Shown: positions 1 through 8,964 of the stretch, piece by piece
Position numbering within the stretch: the first letter of the stretch is position 1
How the letters are laid out: each line of letters begins with the position of its first letter
NCBI GenBank assembly: GCA_003152105.1
Contig: PLZJ01000002.1
Coordinates: 533,682-597,681 of the forward strand
Reading direction: 5' to 3'
DNA: 64,000 nucleotides
DNA from: Candidatus Levyibacteriota bacterium
Lineage (GTDB): Bacteria; Patescibacteriota; Microgenomatia; Levybacterales; UBA12049
Program-made: the position numbers and the translations under genes
Notes under the pieces: generated by a model
The model's input: only the letters and a program-made list of their open reading frames with translations
Told to the model about the DNA's origin: nothing
The model's database searches: none

Positions 1-593
1 TTGTTATGGGTAAGCAATCTAAAGCACTGTGATTTGTATAATGATCAAATATCATTGGTTTCTTATTATAAAGTTGCAAGGATGGGGCACCTTCGGGATG
101 GGTTTGGGAGCCGGGAAAATCTAACGTTCCTAGTGCTAATAAAGCAGGATTGCTAAGATATAACGCAACTCCTTCAAATATAGTTACGCCTCGTTCATCA
201 TCCCAAAGCGTAAGTCGAACATTGTCTACAGATCTAGTAGCATTTACGGTACCATCATTCACCCAAGCAGTATATGGAGATCTTGGTGTTTGAAATTTAC
301 TTCTTGACCAATCTGAAATATTCCAAACATTATAATTACATTCAATTTGAGCGAGTTTTAAATATCTAGAAAGTGGTAATCTTGTCTCAACAATTAAGGG
401 AATGTCAAATCTACCTTGAAATGCATCACTTTGAGGATCGAAATCTGGTAATGATGCAATATATTCTTTTTCACTAAGCCCAAGGGAGGGTGCGTATAAA
501 CTGGCAAGCTTTCTCGCCTGCACATGCCAAAATGATGCTAAGTCAGCTTTGGATTCAGGATAAAAACCAGTTCTATTTTCATTTGAATTCATA
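1..593 (-). CDS. Hypothetical protein, C-terminal part cut off by the window edge (N-terminus MNSNENRTGFYPESKADLASFWHVQ...)
   Basis: Open frame >590 nt on the minus strand with no stops in an AT-rich background. ATG at 591-593. I recognise no family. Translated by hand, so some error is possible. Confidence 0.4.
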
Positions 594-649
594 AGTAGCA
601 AACAGATTATCAGTTAACTACTTATTTGTCAAAGTGGATTTAATCAATA

Positions 650-677
650 TTGACAAAAAGCAAGGGGAGTTTATACT
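650..677 (+). promoter_or_regulatory. Sigma70-like promoter: TTGACA, 16-nt spacer, TATACT. The ATG at 684 lies 6 nt after the -10 (leaderless).
   Basis: TTGACA at 650-655 and TATACT at 672-677 read directly. The ATG of ORF 684..917 sits at the expected transcription start. Confidence 0.5.
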
Positions 678-683
678 AAATGT

Positions 684-917
684 ATGAAGAAAGCTTGGTT
701 TGGAAGAAAAAAATTAGGATGGGGATGGGGTTTGCCGCAGAGATGGGAAGGCTGGGTACTTTTGACTCTCTATATCCTTACCATAATTGTTTTATCAATG
801 ACTATTTCTTCTCAATTCTTATTGCTGCTGCTAGTTGCACTTATAACACTCGTGTTTTTTGTCCTACTGTGGATAACTTCAGGTAAGCCGCAGAAAGGTA
901 CATGGTGGAATGATTAA
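684..917 (+). CDS. Small hydrophobic membrane protein (77 aa)
   Basis: ORF immediately downstream of a consensus promoter. Two predicted TM stretches. Overlapping alternative ORF 680..886 rejected. Confidence 0.4.
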   Translation: MKKAWFGRKKLGWGWGLPQRWEGWVLLTLYILTIIVLSMTISSQFLLLLLVALITLVFFVLLWITSGKPQKGTWWND

Positions 918-993
918 CAATCCTAAACGTGCCTGCTGACTCTTTCTTTTTTCTTACATAGTTCTCATCTAAATCTTAGGGACATCGTTTATA

Positions 994-1185
994 GTGGTAT
1001 GTATGAGCAGAAACACAAAACATATGTCTAGTACATTTTACGCGGGAGTTTCACCCATTTTGTTTTTACCGGTTTTGCTTGCTGCAAGTTTAATAACAGG
1101 AGTACAACTTCCCATAGTTTATGGCATACTATCAGTTACATTTTTTTACTTTATCGTAAACATGAAGAAGAGTATTAAACATTAA
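994..1185 (+). CDS. Small membrane protein (63 aa)
   Basis: Hydrophobic ORF in tandem with neighbouring small membrane ORFs. No known motif. Confidence 0.3.
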   Translation: MVCMSRNTKHMSSTFYAGVSPILFLPVLLAASLITGVQLPIVYGILSVTFFYFIVNMKKSIKH

Positions 1186-1186
1186 T

Positions 1187-1444
1187 ATGCATACGGCAAT
1201 TTGGTTGTTGCTTGGAGTGTGTATTGGGCTCTTAAACTACTCCACAACATTTATAAATGAAAAAGGAGGACTTAGTATTTCAATAGTTTTGGCAAGTATT
1301 GGAGCAGTTCTAGGAGGGGTGCTTGGTACGTTGCTTTTTGGACAAAACGGCAATATTACGTTTGCTTCCTTTTCTCTTTCTGTTATCGTTTCGCTTTGTT
1401 TACTAGTTCTTGGAAAATCGTATTTGATTCATACACATTCGTAA
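1187..1444 (+). CDS. GlsB/YeaQ/YmgE-family (transglycosylase-associated) small membrane protein
   Basis: 85 aa with Gly-zipper helices (IGAVLGGVLGTLLFG). Size and pattern are typical of the YeaQ/YmgE family. Confidence 0.5.
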   Translation: MHTAIWLLLGVCIGLLNYSTTFINEKGGLSISIVLASIGAVLGGVLGTLLFGQNGNITFASFSLSVIVSLCLLVLGKSYLIHTHS

Positions 1445-1641
1445 CTATGATGGACTTATATTACATATTTCGAAGTAAAAAGCCAATTAAAAATGACTTT
1501 AAGATGGCAAATTATAATATGCGAGAGCAATTTATTCGCATGTTTGCTATGCGAAACAAAAAAGGCAAAATAATTTTTATTACTCCACAGGTTGCTTAAT
1601 ATAAATTAGCACGTGCTAGCAATCTCTTTGAAAGCTTGTGC

Positions 1642-1671
1642 TTGACACCTCAAATTCCTACTTGTTACAAT
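1642..1671 (+). promoter_or_regulatory. Strong sigma70-like promoter (TTGACA, N17, TACAAT) heading a ~250-nt leader upstream of the receiver gene
   Basis: TTGACA at 1642-1647 and TTACAAT at 1665-1671. Downstream lie the RBS-like AAGGAAGGTGAGG and a 27-codon GTG-initiated ORF (1754-1837). Confidence 0.4.
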
Positions 1672-1933
1672 CGTCTGTGCCAATTACTGCCTTGCATAAA
1701 AGCCATTTTTTGCATATTCAAGTAATCGACAAGGAAGGTGAGGTGATTACTTAGTGTTAGAACAGTTTATAGAACGCTTGCTAGAACTCTTAACTGGAAG
1801 AAAGAAAGCATATGCAGTTGTAAGGAGTAGATAATAAAAGAGTCTGCTTGTTTTTTATTTTTTCCTCTGAATCTTCAAATAGTGTTAAAAAAGAGTACGA
1901 ATCATTGCTTCGTCTTATGGTATGATAAGTCAT

Positions 1934-2296
1934 ATGAATGGAAAACACGTGCTTGTTGTTGATGATGATGAATCAATACTTGAGGTAGTAAAAATAGTTT
2001 TAGAAGAAGAAGGATATGTTGTTACCGCTATTTCTGATTACGAAGAAATTGATCAGGAAATAGTTGCAAAATCACCAGATATTATTGTGCTTGATATTTA
2101 TATGCCAGGCCGAAATGGCGCAGAAATCACAAGACAATTAAAAACACATCAATATTCAGCTCATATTCCCATTATCATTGCCTCAGCAGGTACTGAATTA
2201 AAGTCTATTGCTGAACAAGTCGGTGCAGATGGGTATCTTGAGAAACCGTTTGAAATAGAAGAGCTTGTTGCCGTAATAAAAAACCATATTCAATAA
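1934..2296 (+). CDS. Stand-alone response-regulator receiver domain (CheY-like), no output domain
   Basis: VLVVDDDE acidic pocket, phospho-acceptor Asp in VLDIYMPGRNG, conserved Lys in YLEKPF. Alternative start at 1922. Confidence 0.85.
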   Translation: MNGKHVLVVDDDESILEVVKIVLEEEGYVVTAISDYEEIDQEIVAKSPDIIVLDIYMPGRNGAEITRQLKTHQYSAHIPIIIASAGTELKSIAEQVGADGYLEKPFEIEELVAVIKNHIQ

Positions 2297-2336
2297 TTTA
2301 TTTGCTCGCAGCAATGGAGTATATCAGAACCTATTT

Positions 2337-2846
2337 TTATATCTCTTTTTGATAAAATGCGGTATATCTGTTTTCTTCTTTCTCAATTCCCATTAAGTTA
2401 AAACCAAGTTGCTCATAGATTTTCATTAATTTTGTTTCCTTTGCGCTGGTATCTAGTCTTAATATTTTTATATTACTGCTTTTAGCATACTTTGCAGCAA
2501 ACTCTATCATTTGTTTAGGTAATTTTTGTCCTTTAAATGCCTTTGCGACACATAGCCAGTGTACATATAGTGCGATAACAACTTTTTCTTTATCAATATA
2601 TTTCCAGTCCTGATTACGTTGATTTTCTTGTAGTATCATTGCAGCTGCTGGAATGTTATTTACTAAAGCTACATAAAATTCATGAGGTTCTGCTTGTTTT
2701 AACATGAAATCCCTATTCATATTTTTAGATTGCCAATATTTAGATGGATTTTTACCAGATTCTTCTAACCATTTCCCTGCGTCAAAAAGAACAGCTACGG
2801 CCTGATCTACATCTTGGATAATATTTATATAATTATTGCTTACCAC
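2337..2846 (-). CDS. GNAT-family N-acetyltransferase
   Basis: 169 aa with a GNAT-like core (…VIALYVHWLCVAKAFKGQKL…). Confidence 0.65.
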   Translation of the reverse strand: MVSNNYINIIQDVDQAVAVLFDAGKWLEESGKNPSKYWQSKNMNRDFMLKQAEPHEFYVALVNNIPAAAMILQENQRNQDWKYIDKEKVVIALYVHWLCVAKAFKGQKLPKQMIEFAAKYAKSSNIKILRLDTSAKETKLMKIYEQLGFNLMGIEKEENRYTAFYQKEI

Positions 2847-2906
2847 AAGGAGATTATAGCATCTACTCCGCTCTGCTACTCACCATTGTTTTGGTATAAT
2901 CTTTTT

Positions 2907-3338
2907 ATGATTTCAGTAAGATTTGCAGCAAATGAGGATAGATTAGGTATAGATAAAATAACAAAGGAGTTTAGTGATCATGAATATTCACATAAACCTA
3001 AGTATTTTACTGATGCGATAGAAACTAACAATATACTTATTGCCCTACATGATAAAACTGTAGTGGGGTATTTATCATTTCATGTTATCTGGGGAAACAC
3101 TCCCTTTATTGAACTTCTTAGAGTAGTTGCATCCCATCAAAAACAAGGTATTGGGGCTTTGTTACTTTCTGAGTTTGAGAAGAATATGAGAAGCGAAGAT
3201 TATGATGAAATAGTTAGTTCAAGTGAAAAGATAAATGAAATCGGAAATTCTTTTCATAAAAAACAAGGATTCCATTCTATTGGAGAATTAGATATGGTTT
3301 ATGGAAAAGAGATATTTTACTTAAAAAGCCTATCTTAA
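2907..3338 (+). CDS. GNAT-family N-acetyltransferase
   Basis: Motif A (HQKQGIGALLLSEFE). The track start 2814 overlaps the divergent GNAT; the in-frame ATG at 2907 is the more plausible start. Confidence 0.6.
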   Translation: MISVRFAANEDRLGIDKITKEFSDHEYSHKPKYFTDAIETNNILIALHDKTVVGYLSFHVIWGNTPFIELLRVVASHQKQGIGALLLSEFEKNMRSEDYDEIVSSSEKINEIGNSFHKKQGFHSIGELDMVYGKEIFYLKSLS

Positions 3339-3422
3339 CGGAACTCGCAGGAATGAAAAATATAAGTACTTATTGCTCTCTATTTAGTTATTGAGATAGG
3401 AAATATTAGAAGCTAGTTTCAT

Positions 3423-3866
3423 TCAGAAGCTTTGTCCTTTTCCTGAAGTAATCAGACTTTTTAGGCTACCGTTAATATATGCTCCCCATGCGTTTGAACA
3501 TTTATTAAAACATTCAACTTGAGGATTTAATCCTTTATGAGTGAAGCGAACCTCTGTTTTGTCACCTTTTTTAGAAATATCAAAAATAATTTCTGTGCCA
3601 TTCCATTCTGATTTATCTTTCGTAAAACTAAGTCTAGCATCTAATATAAGCCAAACGACTTTTTTATTTGGAATAAATTCTGTAATCTTCTGTTTGGAAT
3701 AATGAACATCTCCATAGCGATATATAAATTCATCGCCAAGTTTATTTGTACTCCCTTCAATTCCTGGTTTTGCCATCCACCATCCTCGTACGTTATTAAT
3801 AGCAGAAAAGCACTCTTCGGGAGTTTGGTCTACCAAAAAAGAAGTAGTATAGCCTAGGTCGCTCAT
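3423..3866 (-). CDS. SRPBCC-superfamily protein (AHSA1/polyketide-cyclase-like)
   Basis: 147 aa. W-rich beta-grasp pattern typical of activator-of-Hsp90-ATPase-like SRPBCC proteins. Confidence 0.6.
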   Translation of the reverse strand: MSDLGYTTSFLVDQTPEECFSAINNVRGWWMAKPGIEGSTNKLGDEFIYRYGDVHYSKQKITEFIPNKKVVWLILDARLSFTKDKSEWNGTEIIFDISKKGDKTEVRFTHKGLNPQVECFNKCSNAWGAYINGSLKSLITSGKGQSF

Positions 3867-4000
3867 TGTTTAATGATAACATATCATAAATATTGAGTTC
3901 AGTTATTTTCTTCAAATAAATAGGAAAAAACATTTGTCTACGACAGTAGTCATGCCCACAAAACTTGCAATTTTAGTTTTCATTTGCTTACAATAGTACT

Positions 4001-4384
4001 ATGAGCGAGAAAACTCTCGAACAAACAGTGAAGCTTGGGGTTGCAGGAACAGTGGGATTCTTAGTGTCATATTTTATTTCTCATCCGTCTCATCCAAAAT
4101 CATTGCGTAATAAACTGCCTGAAAAAAGAATCAAAAACGTACAAATACTACCAAATATTAAAATTACACATAAGGAAAAAGAGTATTGGCTTCACCACTG
4201 GGCATCATATGCATCGCTGTATGCATGGCTCTTGCTTTCTAGAAAAGAAAGCCTGAAGAAGCGAAAAATGTTTCATGCATTTATGCTTGGAACAATAATG
4301 CAAGGGTTAACGTATAAGGATAGATTCAAATTTATTCATACACCAAAACAATCGACAAAGAAACAACTACTCACTGATAAATAA
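4001..4384 (+). CDS. Hypothetical protein (127 aa, basic C-terminus)
   Basis: ORF with no recognisable motif, immediately upstream of the pterin dehydratase gene. Confidence 0.4.
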   Translation: MSEKTLEQTVKLGVAGTVGFLVSYFISHPSHPKSLRNKLPEKRIKNVQILPNIKITHKEKEYWLHHWASYASLYAWLLLSRKESLKKRKMFHAFMLGTIMQGLTYKDRFKFIHTPKQSTKKQLLTDK

Positions 4385-4387
4385 GCA

Positions 4388-4726
4388 ATGCAACTGACAC
4401 AAAAACACTGTATTCCATGCGAAAATGGAGACCCTGCGATAACTGATGAGAATGAAGAACTTTTCCATAAGCAAGTTCCAGATTGGCTACTCCTTCGAGA
4501 TGGTACTCACCGTATAAGACGACAATTTAATCTAAAAACATTTACAAACGCCATAGCGTTTGTAAATAAAATTGCTGAAGTTGCAGAAAAAGAAGAGCAT
4601 CATCCAGATATCTACATTTTTTATAACAAAGTACAAATTGATTTATTTACCCATGCCGTTGGGGGATTATCTGAAAATGATTTTATATTGGCTGCTAAAA
4701 TAGATGAGATTGTCAGCAAACTGTAG
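4388..4726 (+). CDS. phhB: Pterin-4a-carbinolamine dehydratase (PCD/DCoH)
   Basis: 112 aa with the diagnostic EEHHPD motif and the FVNKIAEVAE helix. Confidence 0.8.
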   Translation: MQLTQKHCIPCENGDPAITDENEELFHKQVPDWLLLRDGTHRIRRQFNLKTFTNAIAFVNKIAEVAEKEEHHPDIYIFYNKVQIDLFTHAVGGLSENDFILAAKIDEIVSKL

Positions 4727-4808
4727 CCAATTCTAGTAGAGTTTGACTTTCGACTCGTATCCTGCTTTAATTGAAAAACTTAGTAAGACTGCCTCTCTAA
4801 TTATCCTC

Positions 4809-4843
4809 TTGACAATTAGCAGATGGTATGGTACTCTGCTAAT
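4809..4843 (+). promoter_or_regulatory. lon promoter (-35 TTGACA) overlapped by a CIRCE-like 9-N9-9 inverted repeat
   Basis: ATTAGCAGAT GGTATGGTA CTCTGCTAAT at 4815-4843, with arms complementary at 8/9. The TTAGCA…TGCTAA outer arms match the HrcA operator consensus TTAGCACTC-N9-GAGTGCTAA. Confidence 0.45.
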
Positions 4844-4852
4844 GTTTAACTT

Positions 4853-7240
4853 ATGACAGAACGTTTAATTCCAATAATTCCAATAAGAGATGGCATAATT
4901 TTCCCACACACTGATGCAGTATTAACATTTGGTAGACCAAAAAGCCTTTCCGCATTGGAAACATCATTTCAACACGAACGCATTGTTTGTTTTGTACTTC
5001 AGAAAAATTCAAAACTCAATGATCCAAGCCCTTCAGATCTCTATTCTATTGGGACATTATCACGAATAGAACGCATGATTAAAACTGAAGGAGAAATCAA
5101 TGCACATGTAAAAGGACTTGCTCGTGTTAAGATTTTATCTTTTGAAGAACATGAATCGTTTCTTTTGGCCAGAGTAGTTGAAATTCCAGAAGTAGTTGAT
5201 AACAACGAGGAAATTAAAGCACTTTCAAACCACTTAACTAATGAATTCAGACGTGCAATGAATCTTGGTAAACCTGCAGACTTTTTAGTATTTATGAATA
5301 TTATGTCAGAAACCTCTCCTGCAGAATTTTCAGATTTACTCGCATCAGTGCTTGATTTGAAAGTAAATGAAAGACAACAGCTTCTTGAAATCACCAACGT
5401 TAAAACAAGACTTGAAAAAATTACAGAACTTTTAGCAAAAGAAATTAAAGTGTTAGAACTTGAGCGAAGAATTGCAAATAAGACTCAGGAACGGTTTGAA
5501 AAAGGAGCAAGAGAAGCAATGCTTAGAGAACGTCTTCGAACAATAGAGGAAGAGTTGAATAAAGAAAATGGCGAAGAAACAAGTGAAACGCGTGAGTACT
5601 TTGTAAAAATCAAAGCCGCAAACATGCCAAAGGAAGTTGAGGAAAAAGCGAAGAAAGAAGTAAAACGACTTGGCCAAATGAATCAGTTTAATCCAGAGTC
5701 TGCGTATATTCGAAACTATTTAGATTGGTTAGTTTCTCTTCCATGGAGCACAAAAAGTAAAAGTAAAACAGATATCAAAGGAGCAGAAAAAATATTAAAC
5801 GATGACCATTATGGACTCGAAAAAGTAAAAGAACGAATTGTCGAATATTTAGCAGTGCATAAACTTGCGGGTTCTATAAAAGGACCAATACTTTGTTTTG
5901 TAGGACCACCTGGAGTAGGTAAAACGTCTCTTGGTAAATCAATAGCTCACTCACTTGGCAGAAAATTTGTAAGAGTTTCTCTTGGAGGAATAAGGGACGA
6001 AGCAGAAATAAGAGGACATAGACGAACATACGTTGGTGCACTTCCTGGACGAATTATTCAAGGAATAAAAGATGCAGGAACAAAAAATCCTGTCTTTATG
6101 CTGGATGAGATAGATAAAGTTGGCGCAGATTTTCGTGGAGATCCTTCATCTGCTCTTCTTGAAGCATTAGATCCAGAACAAAATAACTCATTTTCAGACC
6201 ACTATTTAGAAGTACCTTTTGATTTGTCAGATGTTTTATTTGTAGCAACAGCAAATATGCTCGATACTATACCACCTGCGCTTCGTGATCGACTTGAGAT
6301 TATTCATTTTGCAGGCTATACACATGAAGAAAAGTTCCATATTGCCAAAGCCCACTTGCTTAAAAAACAACAAGCAAACCATGGATTAAAAGATGAACAT
6401 ATTGTCATTACTGACGAGGCGCTTCGAGATGTTATCCATCACTACACAAGAGAAGCAGGAGTAAGAAATTTAGAACGACGTATTGCCACAATATTTAGAA
6501 AAGCAGCGAAAATGGTTGCTCAGGGTTCGAAAGCAAAAATTACTGTTACTCCAAAAAATCTTTCTAAATTCTTAGGTCCAGTTAAATTTTCATCAACCAT
6601 AATTGAGAAAAAAGATGAAGTTGGTATGTCAACAGGACTTGCTTGGACAGAAGCTGGGGGAGAAATTCTCTTTATCGAAGTAGCGCTAATGCCAGGAAAA
6701 GGTCAATTAACATTAACAGGACAACTGGGAGATGTTATGAAAGAATCATGTCAAGCAGCTTTGTCATACATTCGAGCAAGAGCAAGTAGTTTTGGGCTTG
6801 CAGATAGTTTTTTCCATAAATTAGATGTTCATGTTCATGTACCTGAAGGCGCAGTTCCAAAAGATGGTCCTTCAGCAGGCACGGCAATTACCACAGCACT
6901 TGTTTCAGCATTAACAAAAATACCCGTAAAGCGAACAGTTGGTATGACAGGAGAAGTAACACTTCGAGGAAGAGTATTAGAAATTGGCGGTGTTAAAGAA
7001 AAAGTAATTGCAGCACATCGAGCAGGACTTAAAACCGTAATCTTACCAAAAGATAATAAAAAAGATATAGAAGACGTGCCAAAAGAAGTCAAAAACGATC
7101 TTAAATTCTATTTTGTTTCACACATGGATGAAGTATTACAACTAGCGCTTGCAAAGCCAATTCCAAGTCCTAAAACAACAACGCAGGTGTCGTATTCACG
7201 GCCAGTTCTTCGAAGTCCCCATACACATCCAGTTGACTAA
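4853..7240 (+). CDS. lon: ATP-dependent Lon protease (LonA type)
   Basis: N-terminal LON domain, Walker A GPPGVGKTS, Walker B FMLDEID, catalytic Ser in PKDGPSAGTA, Lys in GGVKEKV. Has a ~30-aa Pro/Ser/Thr-rich C-terminal extension. Confidence 0.95.
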   Translation: MTERLIPIIPIRDGIIFPHTDAVLTFGRPKSLSALETSFQHERIVCFVLQKNSKLNDPSPSDLYSIGTLSRIERMIKTEGEINAHVKGLARVKILSFEEHESFLLARVVEIPEVVDNNEEIKALSNHLTNEFRRAMNLGKPADFLVFMNIMSETSPAEFSDLLASVLDLKVNERQQLLEITNVKTRLEKITELLAKEIKVLELERRIANKTQERFEKGAREAMLRERLRTIEEELNKENGEETSETREYFVKIKAANMPKEVEEKAKKEVKRLGQMNQFNPESAYIRNYLDWLVSLPWSTKSKSKTDIKGAEKILNDDHYGLEKVKERIVEYLAVHKLAGSIKGPILCFVGPPGVGKTSLGKSIAHSLGRKFVRVSLGGIRDEAEIRGHRRTYVGALPGRIIQGIKDAGTKNPVFMLDEIDKVGADFRGDPSSALLEALDPEQNNSFSDHYLEVPFDLSDVLFVATANMLDTIPPALRDRLEIIHFAGYTHEEKFHIAKAHLLKKQQANHGLKDEHIVITDEALRDVIHHYTREAGVRNLERRIATIFRKAAKMVAQGSKAKITVTPKNLSKFLGPVKFSSTIIEKKDEVGMSTGLAWTEAGGEILFIEVALMPGKGQLTLTGQLGDVMKESCQAALSYIRARASSFGLADSFFHKLDVHVHVPEGAVPKDGPSAGTAITTALVSALTKIPVKRTVGMTGEVTLRGRVLEIGGVKEKVIAAHRAGLKTVILPKDNKKDIEDVPKEVKNDLKFYFVSHMDEVLQLALAKPIPSPKTTTQVSYSRPVLRSPHTHPVD

Positions 7241-7266
7241 GAGAAAAAGTAGCATTTTGCCTGTAT

Positions 7267-7557
7267 TTGTGCTATAATGAGGTCAGATTGAAGCAATTAA
7301 CTACCAACAAATGTCAACAGTGTGGATCTCCCTTAATTCTTGTTAACCGTGTAACGGAGACATTGGAAGGGTCTAAATTTCCGCAAACAACTACTGTTTA
7401 TCGTTGTTCTAATAAAGAATGCCAAGAAGAAATTGATAAGCAAACGACAAAGAGATTAAAGCTTCTTAAAGAAAAAGAAGTTGCAGATCAACAAAAACTT
7501 GATGCAAAAACAGAAGAAAAAAGACTGCATGCTGCAATGACGCTTGAAAAACTATAA
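7267..7557 (+). CDS. Small zinc-ribbon protein with a Lys/Glu-rich coiled-coil tail
   Basis: CQQCGSP…CSNKEC gives C-x2-C…C-x4-C. No ATG in frame: the track start is TTG 7267, and an alternative TTG lies at 7288 just after TGcTATAAT (7271-7278). Confidence 0.45.
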   Translation: MCYNEVRLKQLTTNKCQQCGSPLILVNRVTETLEGSKFPQTTTVYRCSNKECQEEIDKQTTKRLKLLKEKEVADQQKLDAKTEEKRLHAAMTLEKL

Positions 7558-7607
7558 TTTCCTCCTTTTTTCTTTTAAAGTCTGTTAATATTTTGTATAC
7601 TACTGTT

Positions 7608-8147
7608 ATGTCTGAAGCAACGGGGAGCATCCCATTTAAAGAAAGAGTAACAAAACTTTTTACGAGTTTTGCGGGAAATAAACCAGAACATCGAAGAGAA
7701 CTTGGTCTATATGATAAAGATCAAGCGTTTCAAGGATATGCATATTTTGTAGATGCAAGTGCAAAATATCCAAAATCAGTGGCTTCTCAAGCAGCACATA
7801 TAGCACTTTCTTGTAAAAAAGCAGATTTAGATCCACAGCAAATTGGAGATTCACTTCGACAAGACAATAATTTACTAACAAGAATAGTTGATACAGCAAA
7901 TAGCGCACATACTAAAAAAGGCTTACCTCCTTTTGTGCAGTTAGATAGTGTTAAAAATATTGTTAGAACCGATTTTACGTATGCAAAAGAAGCAATGATA
8001 TTTTCTGAGCAAGAACTCGAAACAATGCGTGATGAGATTTATAGATATATAGATGACGCTAATCCAAACAGAAGTATAGAAAAATTAGAAGTATATATAA
8101 AAGGAAGAAAAAGAGAGCTTGGATTAAAACAGGGAATTAACATATAA
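7608..8147 (+). CDS. Hypothetical protein (180 aa)
   Basis: Leaderless ATG 7 nt after TGTATACT (7594-7601). The track start 7593 is a TTG inside the promoter. Confidence 0.5.
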   Translation: MSEATGSIPFKERVTKLFTSFAGNKPEHRRELGLYDKDQAFQGYAYFVDASAKYPKSVASQAAHIALSCKKADLDPQQIGDSLRQDNNLLTRIVDTANSAHTKKGLPPFVQLDSVKNIVRTDFTYAKEAMIFSEQELETMRDEIYRYIDDANPNRSIEKLEVYIKGRKRELGLKQGINI

Positions 8148-8187
8148 TTCTCAATTCGTTACTTTTTTGCTATACTACAAATTCACT

Positions 8188-8964
8188 ATGCAATCACATC
8201 AAAACGAGAAAGCTATTATTACCGTTTCTAACCTTCACAAAAAATTTGGCGATTTTGTTGCCGTAACAGATGTTTCATTTGAAGTTAAAAAAGGAGAGAT
8301 ATTTGGTATTTTAGGACCAAATGGAGCAGGAAAAACTACGACGCTTGAGATTATAGAAACACTCCAGAAACAAACAAGTGGAAACGTTATTGTTGATGGG
8401 ATAGATACACTAAAACATCCTTGGGATGTAAAGAGGACAATTGGTGTTCAATTGCAATCAGCCGGCTTTTATCCAGAACTAACGCTTGTTGATATTTTGC
8501 AATTATTTGCTGCTTTATATGATGTTGAAGTTTCTCCTATGAAATTACTTGAAGAAGTTGAACTCCAGGATAAAGCCAAAAGTTATGTAAATAAACTAAG
8601 TGGTGGGCAAAGACAACGTTTCTCAATAGCAACAACACTTGTTAATACCCCTAAAATTATTTTTTTAGATGAACCTACAACAGGACTTGATCCACAAGCA
8701 AGGATTCATTTATGGGATATGATCAAAAAAATTAACCAAAAAGGAGTAACAATAGTACTCACAACTCATTATTTAGAAGAAGCAGAAGAGCTTTGCGAAC
8801 GAGTCGCCATAATGGATAAGGGCAAGATTGTTGCACTTGATTCACCTGAGGCGTTAATTAAGAAATTATTAAAAACAGGATTTAAAAAACATATTGAAGT
8901 AAAACAAGCAGATTTAGAAGACGTATTTATCCAACTTACAGGGAGGCATTTACATGAAGCGTAA
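8188..8964 (+). CDS. ABC transporter ATP-binding protein (ABC-2 exporter type)
   Basis: Walker A GPNGAGKTT, signature LSGGQRQR, Walker B IIFLDEPTTGLD. Leaderless ATG 11 nt after TGcTATACT (8168-8176). Confidence 0.9.
   Translation: MQSHQNEKAIITVSNLHKKFGDFVAVTDVSFEVKKGEIFGILGPNGAGKTTTLEIIETLQKQTSGNVIVDGIDTLKHPWDVKRTIGVQLQSAGFYPELTLVDILQLFAALYDVEVSPMKLLEEVELQDKAKSYVNKLSGGQRQRFSIATTLVNTPKIIFLDEPTTGLDPQARIHLWDMIKKINQKGVTIVLTTHYLEEAEELCERVAIMDKGKIVALDSPEALIKKLLKTGFKKHIEVKQADLEDVFIQLTGRHLHEA

Noticed and set aside
680-886. Alternative ORF 680..886 overlapping 684..917
   Set aside because: Its start is only 2 nt after the -10 box. The 684 frame starts at the expected leaderless position and encodes a cleaner two-TM protein.
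1396-1599. ORF 1396..1599 (67 aa) overlapping the end of the YeaQ-like gene
   Set aside because: The first half overlaps 1187..1444. Only a 51-codon basic tail (from ATG 1446) is independent. There is no promoter, RBS or motif, so it was left uncalled.
5041-7092. Antisense ORFs inside lon (5041..5397, 5453..5677, 6835..7092, minus strand)
   Set aside because: They lie entirely within the strongly supported Lon CDS on the opposite strand and have low-complexity translations. They are typical spurious antisense frames.
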